A stretch of 64,000 bases of DNA from Asterias rubens (Eukaryota). A model generated the notes under the pieces. It ran no database searches and was not told the DNA's origin. It worked only from the letters and a program-made list of their open reading frames with translations. The DNA lies in NCBI RefSeq assembly GCF_902459465.1, contig NC_047074.1:12524001-12588000 (forward strand). The letters run 5' to 3'. Below are positions 37,976 through 47,821 of this stretch, piece by piece; positions within the stretch are counted from its first letter, which is position 1; the number at the start of each line of letters is the position of its first letter. Both the position numbers and the translations under genes were made by a program.

Positions 37976-38107
37976 GGAAAACTTTCCGGATGGCGCCACC
38001 ACCTTTTCACTCATTTTTACAAAAAGGGATATCTCATTGAGGTAAATTAGATACTATATTATTTCATATCGAATGAAAAAGTGGTGGCGCCATACGGAAA
38101 CTTTTCC
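37976..38107. mobile_element. About 132-bp palindromic MITE with 8-bp target duplication (GG termini; Merlin- or hAT-like)
   Basis: TSD AAACATAC on both sides. Copy 38206-38337 has TSD ATTGGTTA; copy 46544-46681 has ATTTTAAA/ATTTTAAT. Further copies at 37529-37667, about 16530-16640 and about 36410-36460. Confidence 0.85.
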
Positions 38108-38624
38108 AAACATACATTTTGTTATTTTGCTATGTTATAACAAGAGAAATCGCTCACTGCGTTTTGTTCTTTCAATCAGTGCCTAATGAGGGAACATATT
38201 GGTTAGGAAAAGTTTCCGTATGGCGCCACCACTTTTTCATTCGAAATAAAATAATATAGTATCTAATTTACCTGATAGATATATCCCTTTTTATAAAAAT
38301 GAGTGAAAAAGTGGTGGCGCCATACGGAAAGTTATCCATTGGTTAAAATAAATCATAAAATGTCTCAAACCTTTGTATTTTTTTAATGTATTTTATGCAG
38401 GCCTGTAGGCTTTGTTTTCGAAAGGGCAAGTGCATCGAGGCAACGACCAGGGGCCATGGAGGCAATCGCTCTTGTTGCCTCCATGAAGTATCAGGCCTAA
38501 TAATGTGTGATAAGAATAAAAAACTAAATCAGATTCTATGTTCTTTTCTAGGAGCTAGGACCTCTCCTCTACCAGAGTACCACCACCAAGTCTCCAGAAA
38601 CCCCAACACCACCCAAACATCATC

Positions 38625-40636
38625 ATGACCACTCACGAGCGACACGTGAACTGCCCCACAAGCCTGTGCACCAGAATTGCCATGGAGTTCAACAACAAAG
38701 AACTGAGCGATGTCAAGTTGACTGTCGGAGACAAGGAGTTCTTCGCTCACCGCATGATACTCGCCAGCCAGAGCGAAATGTTCCGCATCATGTTCATGGG
38801 GTCCCAGTGGGTGGAGTCCACTCAGGCGAACATCTCTCTGACGGAGACAAAAGAGAGCGAGGGCGTCTTCCACGAGTTTCTGAGTTTCTTCTATTCGGCG
38901 AGGATTCACCTGACGAAGGACAATATTGTGGCGGTGGGTGAATCTTTCTTCTTGGATACTTTTGTATCAAGTAATAAACCATGAGGGAAACTGACTGGGT
39001 AGATATTCTATCAAGTAAGGACGAGTACAAAAAAAATCTTGTTTAGCGTACCCCCGCCCGCTTCCTTTTTAGAGGCTGCCTCCTTTTTTTTATTAATTTG
39101 TTATGCACATTTAAAAGCACAAAATTAATTATTTTATTTTTTAAAAATCTGAATGATTTGTCTGAATGTCTTAAAACGAACGGCGGCCATCATGAAATAA
39201 AAAAATAAAAAGCCCCTCCTCCTTCCTTTTTTGGAGAAACCCAGACGTTAAACATGTTTCTTTTTTTACTCAGCCTAATACACCACAGGGGAATCAGTGA
39301 CCTCCACAATTGGAGCCTCTCTATTTTTATCGAAAACTTGGATGTGATCCCTTGTTTTACATCGGTTAAAGGTTGAATGGCTTGTAACTGGAATCCCCTG
39401 AACAAAGATATTGACAAATTAAGGAGACTGCTAACGTCAGAGCTGAATGACTCATTTGGTAGAGCGCTGGCACATTAATTCGGAGGTCGCAGGTTCAAGT
39501 CTCGCCCCAAGTAAATTTTCTTCGTTTCTTCAAGGTTTGTTTCCTTTCTCTAAATTTTTGTTTTCTTCTCAATCCTTCAGGTGAGGATATTGGCCGACAA
39601 GTATCAACACATCCAACTCGAGAAAGAATGTGACCGTTTCATCGCCCGAATCATCAGTCAAGACGACACCCACACCATCGTCACCTGGCTGGTCTCTATC
39701 AAGAATCTCGGAGAGAAGCTGGAGCAGCGCTGCTTGAACAAGCTCCAGATGGAGTTCCTCAAATTGATGACGTCGGAGGAATCTCGCGCACTGCTGAACC
39801 TGGAACTGCTCCTCAAGATCGTCGAGAGCGACAACGTGCTTGTCTGCAACGAGCAGTTGCTCTTCAACCTTGTCGCAACTTGGATAATGGAGAAGCGCCA
39901 TACGTCGAGCCAGAAGAGCGCCATCACAAAGTTACTGCCGCACATCAGATTCTCTCACATGACAATCCCGGAGCTTGCAAAGGTTGAGAAGTCACCCCTG
40001 GGGATCAAATACCCAGAGATGATCATCAGGCACATGTTTGAAGCGTACAAGAGTCGTGCGCAGAATGCCAACCTCCGGGACAAAGCGGACGGTGATGTCA
40101 AGGAAGAATTAGAGCCCATGGACTCTATCCTACCCCGCATGTACACAGATTCTCCGTGGGGAGCCGGCTACACCAAAGACAGCGACACCTTCCTAAGCAG
40201 TGAATTTGACTACATGAGTTTCACCTGCCCAGTGGTGGACAGAAAAATCCGACCGTGCACCATCTCAAAGATGCCACAATCCTGGACAGTGTCCTACAAG
40301 AAAGAGGTCAAGTCGTACATTGAGTCCGAAGACCAGGTCATCAACCGAAAGCTGGTCACACACGACATGAATTTCAAGTATAAGTTCGGCGAGGAACAGA
40401 GGAACTACGAAATCGTCATCATCACGGGCTACATCCCCAAGGAGGAAGAAGGGGTGACGGCTGGTTTCCAGATGATAAGCACGAGGAGACACCACGGCAC
40501 CATCAAGAAGATCAGCAACAAGACGCAAAATCGCCGGAAGATTCGTCTGACCGAGGTTCACAAGCCGGCACTTCTGGCCGGTAGTGAGTATGTGTTTTCA
40601 CTCGGTATTTACATGCAGGACAGCTACAAAGAATAA
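38625..40636 (+). CDS. BTB/POZ-BACK domain protein (BTBD17-like), 2 coding exons, about 454 aa
   Basis: Exon 38625-38933 encodes a BTB domain (SDVKLTVGDKEFFAHRMILASQSEMF...FLSFFYSARI). GT donor at 38934, acceptor ttcag at 39580. Exon 39581-40636 continues with the BTB end (ILADKY..LEKEC) and a BACK-like region (LLKIVESDNVLVCNEQLLFNLVATWI...LLPHIRFSHM). An upstream acceptor at 38551 implies a non-coding first exon. Confidence 0.88.
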
Positions 40637-41009
40637 TCAACACTTTTGTCGGGTCAGTGGTATTAAGGTCATTAGTTGTTATTTCATACTCCTTAACGGT
40701 GGCTAAGTGAAAAATGCGCTTGTGTCCTACAAAGAAGTACCCAAACCCCTTCATAATAGGATCAAAATTTGTGAACATTTTTGTAAATTGTAAAATATTT
40801 TCGCGAAAACCACCGTTTTACCGACCCAACCCAAACAATTTATGCTAGAAAGTAGAGCTGTAGTGGTATTTGTCTTGCCATTACAAAGATAAATCAGTAT
40901 TTGACTTGTTCATTGAATAACAATCCTGAAGTTTTTATACACGAAAAAATTGAATCAGAGTTTTAAAATTATTACAAACAGAATGTTTCCACTTTTCCTT
41001 ATATTTGTA

Positions 41010-41290
41010 GATTTTATGCAACTTGATTCTAGCTTTTTCTGTGGGCTGCTTTTTATCTTTAAATGTTTACATCAGGTCCCTGAATCCAAGTTAAAAACAA
41101 CTAATAATAATAATAATAGTTTGTTAGGGAGTCAGACAAATCAGAGTTTAAACAAATTATTACAAATAGCACTATTCTATTGATCCTTATTTTTGTAGTT
41201 CTTTCATACGTAACTTGATTCTAGCTTTTGCTAATGGGCCGCTTTTTATCTTTTTAAAGTTTTCATCAGGCCCCTGAGTCCAAGTAATAC
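41010..41290. repeat. Diverged tandem duplication, period about 192 bp, downstream of the BTB gene stop
   Basis: AACTTGATTCTAGCTTTT ... CATCAGG.CCCTGA.TCCAAGT occurs twice. Confidence 0.75.
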
Positions 41291-42529
41291 AAAAAATAAG
41301 TTGTAAAGAGTGCTATGGGTCATTACTAGTTGTAGACATTTTTCAGGTTGAGCGTAGCTAGGCTTAAATTGTATACTGTAAAATATTGCCAACTTTAGAC
41401 CCCCCCCCAAAAAAAAAGTAAAAATTTATTGGAAGATGTTTTCAATTGTTATCTTTTTTATATTCAATAATTAGAACCAGGTAGAGTTTTGAAAAAAATG
41501 TTATTTTGATGCTAGGGGTCTCTTTGCATCATTGTGATGGGAAAAATTGTTGTGAAGGAGTATTTTTGAAGTTGAAGTATTTTTTTGTGAAATAAAAATA
41601 ATCCTTTTTTGCTTTTTTAAAACCAAACAAGGCAAATTATTAGACCTTTTAATACCTTTTAAAAACAAAACAATAACCAGGTTAATGTTGATGTTTAAGA
41701 CATTTTATTGGTGGATTCTATAGATAAGTGCAAACACCAATCAACAAAAAATAATATATGTAAACTTCTCATTCTTTTTGCAAAAACTTCAATATTTTAA
41801 TATTTTTTAATATTCAAGGTTCATTCATTGCATTGTCAATCATTGCTAACAATTTGTTTTGAATTTCCAATAAGAACCCTTTTTAAAGTTCTTAATCGTG
41901 ACAATTTGTTACCGACTACATTGTATGTGTATTGCATTTCATAATTCATTAATAGCTAAAAAACTACGTCTGTTAAATCGTTGCGGTGTCCTCTGCTAAA
42001 CAAATAGGGATTCTAGCTACCAAGCAATCTCGGTGGTCTAGTTGGTAGGACACTACTCTAGAATTTCAAAGATCGTTGGTTCAACAATGATATACCTGTG
42101 ATATTTTAAAGAACTTGGAAAAGTACTGAGTATACCGTGCTAACACACATCCGTGTACGGGTAAAACCAAAATTAACAAAACTATGTACTACAAAGTATT
42201 TTAGTTTAAAACACAAAATCAGTATTTTCAGATGAAACTTACAAAAATCAACAAAATAACTTTGTTAGAATGCCCCACACAGTAGGGCTTTTAAAACAAC
42301 AAAAACAAAGTAGAAACATCTCATTTCAACCCGGCTTGCTGAGGCAAAACCTCCAACATTTCTGTCCATTACACATGTACATGTATGGGATGCCCCTGTT
42401 TTGAACAGTCCTGGGGAGGATCCTTATTTTATGCTGCTGTAGTTTAAATACTATTTTTATCCTGGAAACAAAATTTACTCTTAAAACTTTTTTTAATCGT
42501 AGTAAAATTAATTGTACAAAATTGCTTAA

Positions 42530-42900
42530 AGACACTGGACACTATTGGTAATTGTCTAAGTACAGTCTTCTCACTTGCTGTACCTCAACATATGCATAAG
42601 ATAACAAGCATGTGAAAATTTGAGCTCAATCGGTCCTTGAAGTTGCGAGATAATAATGAAAGAAAAAACACCCTTGTCACATGAAGTTAAGTGCGTTCAG
42701 ATGCTTGATTTTGAGACCTCAAATTCTAAATCCAAGGTCCAGAAATCAAATTCGTTGAAAATTACCTCTTTCGAAAACTACTCCACTTCAGAGGGAGCGG
42801 TTTCTTACAATGATTTATACTACCAACCCAGTTATTCGTCACCAAGAAAGGTTTTATGCTAATAATTATTTTGAGTAATTACCAACAGTGTCCACTGCCT
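42530..42900. mobile_element. Kolobok-like MITE copy
   Basis: Same TIR and internal sequence as 12222-12600; right flank TTAT. Confidence 0.8.
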
Positions 42901-43604
42901 TTATGTGTAGCTTATAAATCAAAGTAAATTGATTCAGAGATTGGAGGTGCATGTTCTGTTGCTGCTAACTAGTTACTGCTGTTTTCAACACAATTTTTAA
43001 AAATTAACATTGATAAAATGTTTAAGCAACTTCAACCATGTTTGTAAAAATGTGCATTTCTTTAAAGTTTTTAAATAAATGCTTCACATGTATGCTTTAC
43101 TTCAATAGCTATTGTAACTTTGGTTTGTTTGTATTGGTCGAATAATAATATTAATAATAGTTTTTCACAGGAGTTGGGAAAGTACTGAGTATACAGTGCT
43201 AACACACATCGGTGTATGGGTAAAAACCAAAATTAACATTCTTTATCCACGACGCAATTTTAACATCTCTAATAATAGTACAGTTTCATACATTTTTATA
43301 CTAGAGCAACAGCAATTAGTTTTAATTTGACTTTTTTTTCCTTTTTTTTCTTCTAAATTTGTTTGACACACCAACTCCAATTTTCTATTATAAAAAATAT
43401 GTACAACTATTTCAGCTCCATGGGGAGTATACAGCCTATGCTACCTAGTATGTAGTACACTAAGCTAAATCAATCACAAGAACCATCTCTACCCTCACAG
43501 GTACCCATTTACAGTTGGGTAAAAATAAAGTTTAGTCGAGTGTCTTTCTCAAGAAGGACACATATGCCGTGCTCAAGATTTTAACCAACACCCTAATGAC
43601 TTAA

Positions 43605-43982
43605 AGGAACACGTTGCCTTGGATTGGGAGAGTTGGTCTATAAAAAGCGTTTGTAGCAGTTTGTTATAAAATGCAAAAGGGTAGAAATGCATATAGGTAG
43701 AAAGGTGATAAAAGTAGAATACTATGACCCACACAAATCTGCCTCGAAATTGAGTGGTTTTCCTTTTACTCTGCGAACTAACACGGTCTGCCATTAAATT
43801 TTGTATGGGTTGGCTCCCATAATGGCCGACAGTGTTATAGTTGACAAGGTAAAAGGAAAACCGTCCATTTTCGAGGCATGTTTGTTTAGATCATTGTATT
43901 TTACTTTTAAAACATCTTTCTACCCATATGTATTTTATAACCAGAGGTTAAAAACGCTTTTTAACCAACTCGACGTGTTCCT
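43605..43982. mobile_element. Second TTAA-flanked MITE family (AGGAACACGT termini) with long imperfect inverted arms
   Basis: TTAA-AGGAACACGT ... ACGTGTTCCT-TTAA; the two halves align as an imperfect inverted repeat over most of their length. Confidence 0.8.
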
Positions 43983-44353
43983 TTAACCACCAGTGCGATT
44001 TCCTCCGTTGCCTCCTTGAATCATCATGCCCAATTTTACTGAAACTTCTCAAAAACTTCACAAGTTTGAATCCAACCAAGCTAACCGTTGGTTTCACAAT
44101 GACTAGAATAAATATCGTCAACTATTTACTTAATCACAGTTTCATGATTTGTTAAGTTAGTATGAGAGGGAGGGAGTTTGCCAAGTTCCTTTGACGGGAA
44201 CATCATCTCAATAAACAACTTCAATAAAATTCAAGGCAATTTAGACACCATTTCAAGGACTTTTTGATAGTTCTTCAAATTCAGAACTTATTAAGGACTT
44301 TTCAGGATCTGGTTGAAGCCTGTTAAGGTCACCATTGTTGTTCTTTTAATTAC

Positions 44354-47300
44354 TCAATTAGAAAGCCAATCGATGACTTTATTCACGTCGCCATTTGCCG
44401 CTTGGAGCATCTCCTTCAATTTCTCTGGGCTCTTGAAGGGAAACATGTCCGTCAATCCCTGCAAACTGCTTTCATTTGAATCAAACTCTTTGTCTTTAGT
44501 ACCAGATCTTCTTGCTTCTCCACCTTCTAGTTTTTCAAGTCCACCCCGCTCCAACCAACGCTGTCTGTCGTTCGTCTGAACCATCTGTCGTTGCTCTTCC
44601 TTACGTTTGTTCCTTTCGGTCTGAATTTGAAAACAAAAATTATTTTGTTATCAAGAAAAAGTTTTCAGCAACACTACAACATTTTTTCCACTGTTTAACC
44701 TTTGACCTTCAATGTGACCTCACCTGTTCTCGAGCTCTGGCCTTCTTTTCATTAAACTCTCTATCTTCTCGTGCCTTCTTCTCGTCAGCCCACTGTTGTC
44801 TCTTTCTCTGATAAAAAGAACGTCAAGGAGAGGTGCTTATTTTAGGATATTCATTCAGAGACACAACTCAAGGTCTGAACAATGAGTGTCACCATGTGTC
44901 ACAGTGCCAGCACCTTGATTCAATGAAGTTGTTTTAGGGACTCGCTGACTGTTGGTGTTCTTCACACTTTTTCTGTATTTTGTCAATATCTTTGTGCAGA
45001 GATCGCGGCTCCCCCCCCCCCCCCCCCCCCTTCGAGACTCACCAATTAAGTCCTGTGGTGAAACCTGCCGGGAAGAAGGAGGAGAGGCCGACCTAAAATG
45101 AACTGGCACCAGGCCATCCAGCAGGACCTTCATAGGGTCAATAGAGGGTGGAGCGACGTCAGGTCACTGACTGCTGACCGATCTGCCTGGAGAGCGTTGA
45201 CTGCCTCATGCGTCGGACGACGCAGGAGCCCCCAAGTCTAAGTAAGATCTTGGTAACTTAGATCTTGGGCCAGTCATAAAGCCATAAAACCTTACATGTA
45301 TCCAGGGATGCCACCCAAGCATACGATAAGACCTGGGACCCAGCAGCAGAGGGACAACCTCTTCAGTTTTTCCAGGTCCAGGAATTCCTTTAACCATCCT
45401 CCCAACACTTGAAAAAAAAATGACTGCTGTTAAACCGCTGTAATATCTTGGTAATGTTTGGCTGAAATTAATTAAGGAATTATTTATCTTTTACCATGTG
45501 TTTCAGGAAATGGGAGACTTTTGGACGGTCCCTTTTCACAGTTCTTGCCAAGTGGTGCGCGTGCTCAGACCTATGCCCACAATACGGAGCATGTGCGCAC
45601 GGACTCCAAGCCGCATAAAAGGACCGTTTTTTCTACTGCCACCAGCGTCTCAAAAGTCTCCCATTGCAGTTCCCTTAAAAACTTTTTTTTTTCACATAAA
45701 ACTGCTTTTACTTACAATATTGTCAAATTTCTTTTTTTCTTGTTCTCTAACCTGCTGCCGGCGGACCTGTTCCTCTGACATCTTGGCGCCTCCTGATACC
45801 ACAAAAAATATGAAAATCAATCCAGAAAAAAGAATGCCAACAAAAACTTGTTAAAAAAACATTCTTTCATACAATCATTTGAAATTCTCTAAAAAGCTTA
45901 AAGATATGGATTTTACATGTAGATTGTTTATTGGTCATAAAATTTAATTTGCATACAAAGGCAACACTAAAACTTTGTAAAAGAACTGGAATAACCTAGC
46001 AGTAGACCCAGCGGAGTACAAATTGCTTAACACCTTTAAGCTCGCACTTAAGGCTCAAATCCATCTAAGTAGCTCTCCAAATCCAACAGTTTTTACTTGC
46101 ACTATCTTTGCATAATTTTTGTTCGCACTCGACAGCATGTCCTATAAATATTATTCTTGGACGCATGCACAAACACGTAGTGCATTTATCATCGCATATG
46201 AGTAGGGTGACTGCACTTCACTAAAGGAAGTCACATAATGAAAATTTCAACTGAATACAATGTCTACTTGCTCCTGAGAAAACAACACCCAATAAACTGT
46301 CACTGTTTTTTTTAAAAAGAACATCAAAGTGTATATTACTCACCGACACGCCTCGGTGTGATGGAGACATGACCAACTCTCTTCTTCTCTTTGTACGCCG
46401 CCAGTCTCTCCAATTCGTTATTTGCACCTGGATGGAAGATTATCCAGATATTTGTTTAATATGGAGCGATGCAAAGAGAGTTAACTTCGTAAAATGATGT
46501 TTCAAATAAATAACTTGTCAAGTCAAGTTCAACACATTTTAAAGGACAACTTTCCATATGGCGCCACCACTTTTTCACTCATTTTTTTACAAAAAGGGAT
46601 ATCTCATTGACTGAGGTAAATTAGATACTATACTATTGTATATCGAATGAAAAAGTGGTGGCGCCATACGGAAACTTCTCCATTTTAATATATAAATTTA
46701 TAATATCAATTGGAATAAAATTTGTTTCAAATATTTTTGTCAATGAATTAAATGTCAAAATCTTAATTACAGTAGCAAATAGCGATTGCAAGTGGAAAAC
46801 AAAGCTTCAATTTTGGATTTGCATATTTTTGTAACTATACTCACAGTTTTGTAATTGTTCTCGTTTCTTTGGGTTTGGCGTATGAAGAGTGTATCCACCA
46901 TTACTGTACATAAAACAAAACATGAGGAGTGTGGATAAAACATCAACCCAAGTGCAGTGGGGGATACTTCAGGAACCTCAGAACTATAGTCTTGAAGCAC
47001 TAGACCTCGTAACGTAACTGGTGCGCTGTATTCCTTTTTCGAAATATTGACATTATCGGTCATGGTCATACTAATGTCAAAATTTCACAAAAAATACAGC
47101 GCCCCAGTAACTGGGTCTAGTCTTGAACTAAACATTTTTTTAATAATATAATTTCAAAAATCTATATAAACACAAATTGCAAAATTTGTCATAGAAATAA
47201 AACATTTTACTCAATATTAAAAAAAAAACACAAATTAAAAACACACGGTTGATAGGTGTCTCGTCGCTCTTCATCAGGAGTTGGCTGCCCGTGGCTCAGC

Positions 47301-47740
47301 GACTCATCACCGCCAGGCAGTCGGCCCCTAGCTGCAGGACCGTTCGTAGTAGAAGAAGACGCTCTGTTGGCATAACCACTGGCAATGGCGTTTCTATCAC
47401 CTCGAACTGACATAGGATTCCTGCCGGTTGCACTCAAAGATTGGCTCTCCCTTTCGTCCCACATTTTGTGAGTTCTCACTGCAGGCTGTGCTGCTGTTTT
47501 CTTAGGAGTCCGGGAGTGAATTTTAGTTGTCTTTTTGCCTCTATCTGCCGATGTCTGCTTCAAAGTGGCAAGGGTGACTACTCTGGGTTTTGGAGGCGTG
47601 TTTACTTTTGTTGTTGTTGTGGTTGATTTAGTTTTAGTTCCACTGGTCGTCGTAGATTCATTTGTTTTTGACGCTGGGGTTTTTCCTTTCCTCTTCGGCT
47701 GTGCATGAGTTCTCGAACCGATTGCGTAGGATAGACTCAT
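44354..47740 (-). CDS. EPSTI1: EPSTI1-like protein (epithelial-stromal interaction 1), 6 coding exons, about 354 aa, with a C-terminal CUE-like domain
   Basis: Exons: 47740-47247, 46903-46845, 46427-46344, 45792-45716, 44807-44724, 44620-44354; GT-AG and phase-consistent. The spliced core GGYTLHTPNPKKREQLQNCANNELERLAAYKEKKRVGHVSITPRRVGG resembles the recalled human EPSTI1 GAYTLIAPNESRRNEIQRIAEQELANLEKWKEQNRAKPVHLVPRRLGG and is followed by a charged coiled coil. Confidence 0.82.
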
Positions 47741-47785
47741 GACGTTTTTGTGTGTGGCTTCTCAACAAAAAACATAGATAGTACG

Positions 47786-47821
47786 GGGGAATTCCCGCTA
47801 GCATGCAACCAGTGAATTCCC
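47786..47821 (-). promoter_or_regulatory. Two NF-kappaB-type sites upstream of the EPSTI1-like start codon
   Basis: GGGAATTCCC at 47787-47796 and GGGAATTCAC (minus strand, 47812-47821). Confidence 0.45.

Noticed and set aside
38529-40778. Several antisense and alternate-frame ORFs of 60-126 aa
   Set aside because: These are shadows of the GC-rich BTB-BACK coding exons.
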